From NCBI GenBank assembly GCA_036172245.1, contig JAYWIR010000042.1, positions 186,001 to 250,000 of the forward strand: a stretch of DNA of 64,000 nucleotides, in the 5' to 3' direction. Origin of the DNA: Raillietiella orientalis (lineage: Eukaryota). Position numbers and translations under genes: made by a program. Every line of letters begins with the position of its first letter. Within the stretch, counting starts at the first letter, position 1. The notes under the pieces are model-generated. The model was not told the DNA's origin, did no database searches, and saw only the letters and a list, made by a program, of their open reading frames with translations. Shown here piece by piece: positions 35,301 to 50,099 of this stretch.

Positions 35301-37950
35301 TTTGCTTTTATATACTATTCACTAGCAGATAAATAAATGAAGACTTGCAGACTATTAAATTCAGGTGATCTGAACAGGATGTGTACATTTTTCAACAGGC
35401 ATTTAATGAACAAAAAACTGAATCGGGTCACTGGTTATTGCATTTGGGGCTTGCCTTCCTCAGAGCGATACCAAATAAACAGAAATCTTTATTTGCACAT
35501 GTATGCCAAGACCAAACCTCTATTAATTGCCTGTTTTGGCTGCCCATCCTTTGGTAGTCTGTTCAATCAATTGAAAACAGTATTGTTGTTACAAAAACCG
35601 TTTTGTTACCTTTAGCATTGACAGTCACAATAGTGCAAATTATTTTCCTTAGAATTTCAAAAATGCGAGAAATTTCCACATTTTCCGAATTTCCACACTG
35701 AATCAAGGTCTTTTAGTCTTTGCTCTCAAGCCAATTTCATTAGTTTGCCTATAGGGAAAATACACCATCAGAAATCAGTTATCCACGAGCCATCACTAAG
35801 GAACAAAGGCCTTAGTTTTTTTCATTGTTCCAAATTGTACAGTGCCCTCTAATTTATGAATACTCTATTTTTCCGTGTACTGTTTGCTGGATGATGTGTT
35901 TGTTATCACCAGGTTCAAAAGCATGAAGTCTTTGTATTCCACTATTTGACTAAGTAGGGTATGTTGCTTGAAATGGTAAAAGGGACTTCACCTGCTGATG
36001 CATTAGATAAATCATTTCTCTTCAAAACTGATAAAAACTTATCCTAAACGTTTATCAGATCAATAGCATTGCATACTGGAGAAGTATTTAGAGTCAAATC
36101 TACATAAACAGTAGTTGACAGTGCAATAGCATTATTAGGTGAAGTTAGACAATGAGTTCCCACGGTAACTAATCAGATCAACTGCAGTGCAGCAGCAGAA
36201 ACCTTGAAAACATCCTCTGTGAAAATATGCACCTGCTAAGCAGCCAAGGTGTAGCATGGATCTTCACGTTGAGCTGCAAATTCTAAATCTTCAGCCGTTC
36301 TTAGAAAGCCACTAATTTGTCTAAACAACTAAATTTGAGTAAATTAGCTTCTTATGACTGTCAAGGAGGCATTAGCCCCCTAGATAGAATTCACCGGTGT
36401 TTTCAAAATTCGTTCGAGGTTGAATCAGGTCTCTTCCGAATTTAGCAGATCCAGATCTTAGTTTGCACCCTGTTGGTCAGCCCATCTTGGCTTCCATTTA
36501 TTACTATATTCACAATAATGAGGTTCCTTCGCATCATGTTTACAAAAAGTAGATAGTTTTGTTGAGCTGTCTGCTTCCATTTGCTTGCGAGGGCAGAGTG
36601 CAATGGAAGACTTCGTGTCTGCAAACTCAGATGACACAGAATCCTGAACAAACAGATGTGGATAACGAAGCTGGGCACACGCTGTCTAGAAGGATCATAA
36701 AAAAAAAAAAAAAAGAAGCATAAGATTTGAAAGAATTACGAGAAAATTAGAGCTGTTTTCTCAGAAATATTCGAGTAACTGTCTTGGAACCTTGCTTCGC
36801 AGCTTGCAAACGAGACTTTGTTAACATTTGCTTTCACGGGCTTTGGTGCTGTGAGGTTCCTCTTCTAGAAAAAGTTCTACCTCTGTTCTTCAGAGTCGGC
36901 AAGAGATGTCACTGGAGAATCTGGGATGTGGTCACTGTCCTAATCGCACTTGGGACGTGCTTTCTTCGGAGCAATGCTAAATATTTGGGAGAGATTTCGA
37001 GGCGATCAGCATGTGCAAACGGGAGTACGACTGTTCCAAACAGCGAATGGATCACTCTTAAGCACCCGCTTCTTGATTCTGCTTTGGTGATTTTAGAGAA
37101 TGGGGAAGGGTCCTTCTTTCTTCACAGTTGTGGAGAAAAAACGAGGACTAAAGGGAAAGGAGAACCCTAGCCAATCCTTAGGTATCCCTGACAGCGTTCC
37201 AGCAGCTTTCGCTCTGCCCTTTTTGTCTTCTCGTGGTATCGAGTCTTTCAGCTCTTCAGTTCCAGCGCGCGGAAACAAACTGTTCCAAGGTGTTTGCACC
37301 TCTGTCCTCGGGTTCGAGGCGTGGATGAAGCTACTGTTCTGGGTCGGAGCTGATGTCAAGGAGAGGTGTGCTGCAGGAGGAAAAGTTCCTCTCCTCGGTT
37401 CCGTTCCGAACCCTATTCTCCCCCACTCTTGATCCTTTGCTTCGTGGCAGCCGATGTCCATGTGGACGGAGCACTAAACCCTGCGTGGAACGTTTTTCCC
37501 ATCTGCTTCCTCATCCTTCGTTGCGTCCACCTCCCTCTTCTCAGCAGACGCGCTGATCTTCCTCTAATCTGCTCCGAATGGTGTCGTCCCTGGCTTGCCT
37601 GCCGTGTCCCGTTCAGGATCGCAGCTTCTGGAACTTCTTGGAGGGATCGATCCCGGTCAGAGATCTCTGATAGTCCCTTCTCTCCTCTAAACCCGCCATC
37701 CCGACTGAGCAAGGTCGCGGAGTCCTTTCGGCAGTCCGCAGAGGGTGCGAGTAGTCTTCAGGGGGTTTGTGAGGGCCGCTTCCTGTACAGAAGTCTGGGA
37801 GACAACTCTCGCTCTCTCTGCCATGGATACGATCGGGGCTGACGAATACGTCCTCACGACAACCGAGGGTTCCTTTTCCCTGCTCCTCCCTCTATCGCCC
37901 TTTACCAGAAAGTCCAGGTCGCACGGTATGTCCAGGGACAGTTTTGTTTT
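32350..37950 (-). mobile_element. Old, near full-length decayed L1/Tx1-like LINE
   Basis: Ordered remnants on the minus strand: ORF1-like FHAG..CHEAK (~37500), IIVNI / *FN / SD* / LNTS endonuclease motifs (36520-36080), RP..CYKFLLSIL (~34260-34225), KSYLGL (~33610), CKQ..ETLQEHFSQGC....LW zinc finger (~32520-32440). Confidence 0.45.
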
Positions 37951-38121
37951 TTTTTTTCACGCCAAGGACGTTCCGGGTTTCATTGTCGTGACAACCGCGC
38001 GGTAGTCTGGCCGTGGTTCAGGGAAGGAAGAGGTCGTGCAGGGGGGTGGGGGCGTAGGGACTCTTTCTGAAGGCGTGTGCAGGACGAGGCGGCAGCTCGT
38101 TCAACCCCAAGTTGCGCCAGA

Positions 38122-40459
<2,338 letters not shown>

Positions 40460-40522
40460 CTACGCGGACCAGCGCGCGAGCTCCTTCGCGGCGCCGCGAG
40501 TCGTCCAGCTCGGGAGGGGCAT

Positions 40523-40530
40523 TGACGTCA
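40523..40530. promoter_or_regulatory. Palindromic CRE site TGACGTCA ~150 bp upstream of the Runx ORF
   Basis: Exact consensus match; function is inferred only. Confidence 0.3.
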
Positions 40531-43500
40531 CGGCCGTGCACGAAGAGCCCGGACAATCTCGCCCTGAGCGTCAGCCAGCTCCCTCCCCCTCCCGCGCGCG
40601 CCCTCCCTCGGTGGAACGATCGACCCAAAGTGGATGAAGAGCGCTTTCCCCTCCTGGCAACCTTCAGCTCCCGGACACACCGCGGGAATCTACGCGGTGC
40701 GCGGTGTAGACGAAAGGCGCGAGAGGAGGAAGGGAGGAGGAGGAAAAAGGGAGGAGGAAGGGAGAAGAAGGAAAAGTAGGAATGGGCCGATGGAAAGCTG
40801 AGATCATGTCTTTGCTGCCGGGTCGGTCCACGTGCCACCATTTCGTCCGTCCACTTTCTCAGAGAAAGAGTGATGCGACGGCGGGTTTCACCAGCTTGCA
40901 AAGATGCACAACAGCCGCAATGGATTCCGCGGCTGCTGCTGCTGCTGTTGCTGTTGCCACTCCGCCATGCCGAAGCATTTCCGCCGCTACTGAGCGCCTG
41001 GCAAAAGCTCCCTGAACACCAGATCGAACCCCCGCTGACGAGCATGGGACGTCCCTGCTTGTGTCACTTCAGTCAGCGGCTTTCGCTCCGGGAAAGCATG
41101 CAAGCGGTTTCCAAAGCAACGGAATCACCCCATACTCCATCAGCGACCCCTCTGCAGAGAAGGGCGTGGTAGATGCTTCAGAGACGAAGCGAAGCCGCCA
41201 ACACGTGCATCCGCGCTCATCGTGCCGCCCTTTTTTTTTGGTTTTCGTTTCGAAGGGGCTCACCCCACCCGACACCCCTACCCACACGTCTTTCGCTGCT
41301 CGTCCGTCGGGCGTGGGAGTCAACGCATGGAAAGAAGTCGCTGCCCTGACGAAAAGACACCGAGTGGACGTCCCTATGAGCTCGAACAAGGATGGCCTCT
41401 GGAGCTTTGAGCAAAACACGAAACCCACTACCCATGAAGAGGGTCTATCGGCTCCGCCGCCAGCCACCCGATCGATGCCTTCGACATCCAGAAGGGACAT
41501 TTTGTCGAAACTCTTCCTTTCGGAAATACCCAGGCGATTTGAGTCACACTGCGGTGTTCTTTTTCTTTTCTTTTCTCTGTAAAGATGGCGGAATCGAATT
41601 CTCTCGTTTCACAGGTCGTGGGATTTCACCAATAAATCAAAGTAACTATGGAGCTTCCGTTTCCATCTGCGGACCGCATTGCTAATTGCACAAAACACGA
41701 CATGCATATATTTTATGCCATCCCATCCTCACCGATGAATTTTTAATTGAAAGTACGACTCTGGAAGCGGAGGAATTGTCATCTGCAAGCGTTCTCCTCC
41801 TCCTCACTCTTCTTCGGATGCTCAGCGGCAATTTCGACTTTCATTTTTGCTTTTCCATCGAGGCACCCGTGCGCGCGCATTCATGGTTATTGCTTGTAAA
41901 TTATTCCTCTCGGGAAGAGATAATTTGAAAATTTCGAAAGTGCCACGTTGGATGGATGCGTGATGGCGCACGCGTCCGTTCCTGTGGAAACCTGGTCAGC
42001 GATCTGGACACCAATCTTCGCGATTGCTGAGCTGGAAAGATTGCGTCTCTGCCCCAGCAGTGCCTTCACATTTTTGTTTGGGGTTCATCTCCAGCGTTTC
42101 TCCCGTCGCCGACTCCCGCAGGGACTCAGCACTGCGGTCTGAAATGCATTCCCGGGTGGATGCCCGGGTTCGAAAAACCCGACAGGCCTCAGAGGCACCT
42201 CCTTCCTTCGATACACAAGCGAGGAGGATGCAGAGGAGGAGGGAGGAAGAGGTGTGGACCGCGGGAGCCTCCCCGAGCTCCTTTTCACGTTCGCTAAGGA
42301 ATGCTCGCGTTTGGGAAGAAAAACTTGCGGGAGGAAGAGGGGAGGAGAGAAGAGGGGGCAGAAAAGAGGAGAGGAGAGAATCGAAAACGGGAGGGAACAG
42401 GGAAAATGGGGGACGCTCCCCAGTGGGGCTGTTCGATGGCTGACCACCCGGCTGAAGTTCCCAAGCAGGCAGGCGCTTGCGGATGCAAATGAAAAGAGGT
42501 TCCATTCCGTTCCCCCCTCCCCATCGCTCCGAAAGCCAATTCATTGAGAATCCAGACAAGGCAGCGCGCCCTTTTGTTACCAACGCTCCTTCCGCGTGCA
42601 GTACTCTTTTCTTTTTTTGCGTGCTGTCCCTCGAGAGACGGTCCGCTCTTCATGCGTGGGATCCCCCGGCGAAGGTGACGACCTGAGAGTTCCGAGGAAG
42701 CCTCGGAGCGCGCGGGAGGCCGCCCGTTCGAGTCGGCTTTCCAGCCGGCGTCTCGTGTCGTGGGGACCTCGCGGAACAGGTGGGGAGGGAGGCTGCTGCT
42801 CCCGACGTGCGCTTCCCTCCCTCCTCTCGAGAAGGCGGGACGGAAGCGGGAAGGCTGCCAGCGCCCAACCTGCCACGGGCGGTCTCGGTTTTCAATTTGC
42901 ATGCATTCGACCGTACAGACGAAGAAGCTCTGGAGACGGACCGCCAGCCGAGCGGGAGGCCATCCTCGGCGGGCGCACGCGTGACAACTCGGAGCAATTT
43001 GCCGTGCTGTGCAGCTACGCGATTCGGACCCACAATGCGTTCGCCAGCAATCCGGGAACAGTAGGAGTGTGTCTGTCTGTCTGTCTGTCTGTGTGTGTGT
43101 GTGGGGGGGGGGGGAGAGAGAGAGGGAACGTTGCTTCCATTTGCTCGAGTTTCATTCATTAATGATGAGAATTTGGTGGAGGAGTGGTAGGAAGCACACA
43201 CACGCATTCTTGAATCTGTGTGTTTTGTGAAATGCGGAAGCGGAAGCGGATGAAGCTTGACACCTGAATTTCCACGGCAAACTTTGCAGCTGTCGCTGGA
43301 GAGCCATTTGCAATGGCCGGCGGAACCCGGGCGCTCGTTCGCGGAGAGGGGAGGCTGCCGGAAGGACCGCGGAAGAAGCCTCCACGGACTCTCCAGTTCG
43401 ACGAGGCGAGGGCGGGGGGGAGGGGGAGGCTGGGCGTCTTCCGGGTCCGTTTGCGACGAGTCCCGGACAGTGGGAAGAAGTGGGAAGAGCATACGCGCAA

Positions 43501-45399
43501 GTGGCCGGCACCCTCCCTCTTCCTCTTCGTCCCCTCCCTTCCCCTCTTCTCTTCTCTACTCTTCCGCAAAGGAGTCCCGCCAGCCCGCTGGAGGAGGGCT
43601 TCACTGCTTCCCCCTCTCCTGGCTCTCGCGTGCGGAGCGGTCTCCACGGTCATGAGCTCGCAGCTTCCATCCAGGAGCGTCGAGTGGGTGAATCAGGGGG
43701 AGGGGGTGAGGCCAGCAGCCTTTTTGTTGCAGCAAAACGGCAAGTTCTGCGATGCAACCACTAATCGGCGGCTCCTCTTCCAGAGTCGTCCTTTGCTGAT
43801 AATGAATCCTGTTAATTAATGAACTCCGTAGACGATGAGGAACACCGTCCCAGACGTGTGTTCCTTTTTTTTTCTTTTTCGCCTCGTGTTTTCGCTCCTG
43901 TCTTCAACTGCTTTCCCATTGGGGAAGAACGCAATGAGAGGGTGGAGGAGGAAGAGAGAGAGGGAACCCAAACAAATTTTTTTTGCTGCTTTTTCCTTTC
44001 GCCGGTTTGCAAGAGGTTTATGAAAACGGTCGCAGCTGCAATTTCCTGACCACCGTTCATATCTCGAAGCGATGCCTGCTCCAGCGCGATGATGAATAAC
44101 CATTCACACTTCGCTTCCGCAGCGATTACGATGGCAGCGCGCATTAATGAGTCTCCAGGAGGCGGAAGCTACGGCGGATTCGTGGACCCGGTAATGAACC
44201 ATGCGAGAGATTAAATCTGCTTCTCGGGCGAATGCGCGACGGGTCTTTCCCTCCCGCATTCGTCTTTATTAAAATCCATCATTTTGAACTGCCACGTGAG
44301 TCCGGGGGGAGGGAGGAAGGAAGGACGGGCAAGCCGAAATTCCGCCCCCCCTCTCTCTCTCTCTCCTTTCCGCGAGGCTCTGTGCACGCGGAAGGATGGG
44401 AAGAAGGGAGGCGCGAACCCCGTAGACGGGACGTCCGCGCAGCGCAAGCTGGTACTGATGTTTCGCGGGGAGCGGGAAGGGGAGGAACGGAACCAAAGTT
44501 GTCGGGAGCCACGTCGGGGCTGTCGGAGCAGCTCATCGAGGAGAGAGGACGGAGTCTTCCCGCCCTGTGGAGCGCTCTGGAGGCGATGCGAGGTGTCGAG
44601 GTTTCCTGGAAGTCGGCCCGGACTTCCAGGAAACCTCCGTCGCACCAGCATCGGAAGAGCAGGATCTTCTTCCTCCCGGCTTTCGCGGCAGCACAACAGG
44701 AAGGGGACGTGCACGCGCGCACAGTGCGTACTCCATCCACGGCGTAGTTAACGGCGCATTCTCTGCGCCCGCAAGTGCTTCCGCATGCGCGTGGCGAGCG
44801 TGGTGAATTTTCCCGGGAGAGCGCCCATTCCTTCTTAACGGAGCTTTCCTGCGCTCTCACCACTCCTCGCCCAGGTTTTGGCACTTCTGCATGGATCCTG
44901 TGGTTTTTTATAGCTTCCTCTGCTACTACTACTACTACTCAGTAGTGATAAGAGAGCTATTTCATGACTAGCCCGGTCTTTCATTATTTGTGATGGCTCT
45001 TATTACTTCCTCACCAATCTTTTCATCTCGCGCCTACTTGCTGAGTAGTGCGCAGGCGCCGCTTTTCGTTTCCTTCTTCCTCGTCGCCAGCCGGCTGTGT
45101 GCAGGGTCTCCGTATCTGGCGACTCACTTCCATTGGTGGTAATACCCCCACGGAAATTCACTTCCGCCACCATCGACCCTTTCCGCGAGTGGGTCTGTTC
45201 CTGAGAATTAACGTCCTCAGGAATATTCACATACGCGAGAACATACATCCAAGCCGCTCTGTCTGATTCTGCTGCTTCTAACAGAACCGAATGAACCCGC
45301 AAACAAAATCTTCGGTCTCCTTCGCCGATGTTCCCGCTGATGCCATCCCCATTGTCAACATTTGCATTAAAAAAAAAAAAAAAATACGTCCCAACTCTG

Positions 45400-46050
45400 T
45401 CCTTAATCCTCCAAATAATAAGTAGCCTCACGTGTGTGCCTTTCCAGAAACTCGCAACCCTTCTTAAACCTATGGAATCCCTCCTCCAGCGAGGTACATA
45501 ATTCCTCACGTGTGGGCCTCGTCTCTCACGAGTGCGACGCTTTCTCTGCAAGCAAACACGAGACCGATGACGTATATTGGACCCACAAAGTATTCCACTA
45601 CCCACAGCCCAAGAAGGGCTGGATACAGCAACCGGATTACTCCATCTCCATCTCGGTCTAGCCGTCGAACCAGCACACATCTCCTTCGTTCTCAGACAGA
45701 GAACTGTCAGTCAAGAAATAATAGAAAAGAAAAGAATCGCACACACCCTGTACGCCTCACAAAACTTCCAAAACCCCATCCTATTATCCGACCTAACTGC
45801 TTAACATGCCACATCGTGCCCATGCAGTAAGGCGCGGATATTACCGGAAATCCTCCACGAGGGACTCGTCGCCTATGAATAGCACACCAGTAGCTTCTAC
45901 TTTTAGTGCTTTGCGTCGAGCGTACTAAAGCGAATCGCTTCTATCCCTTTGTCTCGATGTCAAGGTGCCAAGAACTAGCTCTCTTTATGTCCTCTACCGA
46001 GGTGCAGGCCTCGGTAAAAGAACTAGCTGTCGCTTTGCTGGGTTCCTCGG
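45400..46050 (+). mobile_element. Decayed CRE-like element 3' end (zinc knuckle plus RLE)
   Basis: DDVYWTH....KKGWIQQPD (~D.YG.H..C..GG.I.RHD), IRPN...ADIT (~RPD...DVT), ERTK.NRFYPFV (~E..K..K..F.PF). Confidence 0.35.
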
Positions 46051-49039
46051 AAAAATGCAAGATTCGACAGCCCTCCCCTTACTACAGACGAAATGTGATG
46101 ACTCATGTCACCCTCAAAATTCACAATGTAGAAGGGACACCTGTTGGTCACAGTCAGCTGCCTGACCAACTTGCCGAAATCCGACGAGCAGACCATATGA
46201 TCGCTGGACGCAAATCGCTGGATGTGTATATCCCGACAACGGACACGTGGCCCTCTGACTCTGTCAGCATCCCTGAGATCCTCATCGGTCGGATGATCAG
46301 CCATGGTTGCCCGTCGGGGCAGGCTGGAAAGAAGCTGCAGAACCAGACCCTTAATTCTCTTTCTTGTGCTCCCGAACGTCTTGTTCCCATCCTCAATCAT
46401 CGTTCAATACCCTGTGTGTCGCACCAGAAGTGGATGACTTTAAAATCGCTTCCACAAGGATTCCAAAATCTTAAAGAATGCCTTGAAAACGATGCCCTGA
46501 GCCACCATTACAGGACAAGGTAAGGATGCCAATCGGACCCTTCAACTACTAGGATGTTTTCAATCCAAAACACCAACAACACTTGATAGACTCCGGGAAC
46601 CCACTGCTGCAAAGAGCATACCTGGGAAACTCGAACTTAGGCTCTGCAATCTGAAGAAAACGAGACAAACATCCCAAACAGACATTGGGAATTCCCCTCA
46701 CGAAACATCAACTTCATGAAAGAATGAATCAGGTTCACAAGAAGCCCAACAGGAAATACGAAAGAAGGCATATTCCGAAACGAGCGGGAGAACAAGAAGC
46801 ACTAAGTATCATCTTCTCACAACCACTCCCTAGAGAAATTTATCGGATATTGTAAGACATCGCAGGCACTGGTAATGCAGCATCTTTACAATTCCGTTAT
46901 TTACAAGGATAGATGCTGCCTCACGTGGTATAAGAAATCTGACTCAGCTCGCTCGCGTTCCAATCAAAGTGTGACAATCATCGTCGACTTTACAAGGGCA
47001 AACGAAAAAAACCGTACAGATTCATACAGCACTTTGAAGATAAAATCATCCTTTATTTGAAATACCGTGGTTCTGTTGAAGCTTATGACGTCCTTCACAT
47101 TTCTGCCATGACCAATTGGGAACCGGAATTCCTCGTGATTAAGAATAGAGAGGTGTAAGATTGTCAAGACAACCGACACCGCCGTCAGAACCACCTCATA
47201 GGTAGTTGCAGAAAACGACACCCCACAGCTGACGTCTCTTCTTCCTTTTCCCCAAATCAGCTTCTTTAAGCATCACAGTTCTTTGTTGGTCTTCTTTCCT
47301 TCGTACCTCAATTCTTTGCACTTTGATTGTTCTTTGATTTCTCCATTGCGGATTGCATCTTCGGCTCCACATGCTTCATCTCCGAAGATTTCCATGGATC
47401 GCCCCGGGCAGGAAGTGGACAGGAACCCCGGAAGAGTTATAATTACTTGGCTTCGAGGTGTCTAATTGTGATCTCCTGTTGTAGCGCTGGTTTGGTGCCC
47501 ATTTTTCTCCCTTTTTTTTCCTTTCCTTAGCGATGTCAGCCACTGATCGCCGTGCGCGTACTGTCTGGCGGCCCCGGGTGAAAACGAGCAGCTGCGCAGT
47601 CGACGGGTCGCTTTCCACGTTTCCTCCTCACCGGTCAGGTCTTCGTTGCCAGCAGCAGCCTCGTCCGTCGCCGTTGGTATCGCTGTCTCACCTGAAAGAA
47701 CTCCCTTTTTCCCTGACTACTGCTTGTGCGCGTTGCCCGGGCCTCTCTGACTGACCGGGAGCAGCAAGGAGGTGCGGTCCCGTTTTCCTTTCTTCTGAGT
47801 GAGCTCTGGATGTCTGATAGTGACTCAAGGAGGCGTGCTTGAGTAAGAGAGAGATTCCTCTGGTAAATCATCTTCTCCAGCGGCCTGCGCACCCAAGGCA
47901 TCAGGACGAGACTAGTTATGGGCCATGGAAAGCAGGTTGAGTCCCATGCTCTCTGCCTTTTGTCACTGTGCTGCCGTTGCCACCCCGAATCATATTGACC
48001 AATAGAATTTCATTGAGAAATAACTTCCTCGTAGGCCCCAGCTAACTCTGGGTCATGTGGGTTCAGAACTTCTCCATGTAGGTGCGCCCTGCAGCCGAGC
48101 CTGGTCAGCCAACCAAGCCGCTTGCAAGTCCACTCCAGGTGAGCGGCGTGCCGAAATCAGCTGACTCGGATCTTCATCCACCCTTTCTTCCTTTCCCGTG
48201 TGGGCTCATAGGCGCTTCCTCACGGTTCCTCTTCTTTACACGGAAACTGCTACCGCTACCTACACGTTGGCAGATGGAAAAAGTCACAACCACGACCTGC
48301 CCATGAATCATCTCTGATAACCATCGACTCGCACCAGGCCAGTTCCAACTACCACCCGGCTTGCTCACGTCCGCTAAGCAGAGAACCCAACGTCCTGCTA
48401 CGCCACCCCATTTGGAGCGGAGCGGCACTGGGATCATACTCTACTCATTATGCCAAACATTACCAGGCTCATAGCATTGTAAGATATTCATATGGGTGGA
48501 AGCATGATGTGCACTTATGTGGATCGTCTTCTTGTGATTACATTCCTAGATTTATTTATTTATTTTCTTTTCTTCAAGAAAGGGTTTTTATAGGTTTTTG
48601 TCTTATTTTTGTTGTAGTCCCGCGCCCTATGATGTTTGCGATACTGAGATCGTAATCCACTGGCGTGTTTCTCGTTTACCTTACACTTTTCAAACACTTT
48701 TTCACACACACACATCCCTCTTTCAATGAGAAAAACGAAGAACTGCTTTCCCTCCTTCGTTAATAGCACTGTGTTTTCGAGGCCCGGTTCGGTCAGGTCA
48801 TCCCTTTCCATAGTCCTCTTTCGCGGAACAGGTCTCTGCCGGGATCGTGTTCACGTGCTTCCTTTGCAAATGCGAAATGGATGGAGAACTGGACTTCGGG
48901 GTGTTCCGTATCAGCTGAGACGAAGTCAGGATGAAATCGGGTGTGAACGCAAACGCGTTAAGGGAAGGCCCTTTCCAGGAGCAGCGAGTCAGGCCAAGCA
49001 GCTGAGTGCGATGAATTTTTCGTGGTGCATTATGCGCCG

Positions 49040-49812
49040 TGATGAGTCGCCTCTCGGTCTCCGGACTCGCCGCGAGCCTTCCAAGCGCGTGGTAGAACCA
49101 AGGGTTCTACCACGCGCTTGCAACCTGCCAAAGACCCGTGCGCAGACCGACCAGGTCCGCTTCGGTAGCGTGGGGGAAGAGAAATCGATAACAAAAACAA
49201 ACACACAAACCAGGGGAGGGGAAATTAGGCATTGGGGAGGCCGAGGAAGGGATCACGGTACGCTGCCAGGCGTCCTCGGCTCCCTGTTCAGGATGCTGGC
49301 AAGTTCCGTTCGTGTGTCGCCCGGGTGGGGCCATTTCGAGGCGGCCTTCAGGAAGATCCGCGCCCGGTGGATGGCGTCCCTGCCATTTCGGCCTCTTCTG
49401 GAGTTCCAGACCGCCGTCATCCGTCCTGCCAGAGAACCGCAAGGGACGCGGCTGGCTGTAGTGTGGCACGCACGAAGAGAGGTCTGAAAATGTTTCCCCG
49501 GGGCCGCCCACCACTATTCCTAGGGTCGTCGCGAGGCGATTCCAAAGAAGTCGGTTGGCAGCACTGTCTAGCAGCAGGTGCCGGAGGGTCTCCTTCTTCC
49601 CGCGTCTGTCGCACTGAACGCCCTCCTCCCTCCCTGTGTCCAGTGGCGAAGGAGCGCTTTGCACGGGATTCCCCTGTGCGCCACCGGCAACGCCGTCACT
49701 TGAGGGGGAGGGAGTCACTATTGCAGCACGCTGGGGGCCACTTTACCTCCTACCTTTAGCTCTCCCCAGTGTAGGAGTCCGTGGGGTGGGACACTAGGAG
49801 TCGCAGAGTCCA
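49040..49812 (-). mobile_element. 5'-truncated L1/Tx1-like 3' fragment (zf-RVT plus 3' UTR hairpin)
   Basis: CDRRGKKETLRHLLLDS....LWNRLATTLG is homologous to 50890-50990 and 63360-63260; 3' tail similar to 51290-51430. Confidence 0.7.
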
Positions 49813-50099
49813 TGACCTCACGAGTTGTCTATTCCTCGAGAAGTTTATTCTTTGCTGCTATGCAACACGTTACTTCCCGCCTTGCCGGGATGACACTGTC
49901 CCTTGCGTCTTTTAGGGAGGGCAGCACAGGGGCAAGGAGGGTAGAAGGAGGTCCATCGCAACCTCTGCAAGTTGCGGAAGATCTCTTCCAACGACATGCT
50001 AGTATCGACGCCTGGCTCGCGCCGTGGATCTTTCCCCAGGCGAAGACCCACCCCTAGTGCGATTGGCGAGGTAGAGGGAGATCCAGGTGTCCTCCTCCT

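Noticed and set aside
40870..41172. Plus-strand ORF with a signal-peptide-like poly-Leu
   Set aside because: Explained by a CTG/TTG microsatellite; no other coding evidence.
46400..47250. Possible further RT fragment (IVDFTRA)
   Set aside because: A single weak motif is insufficient to annotate.
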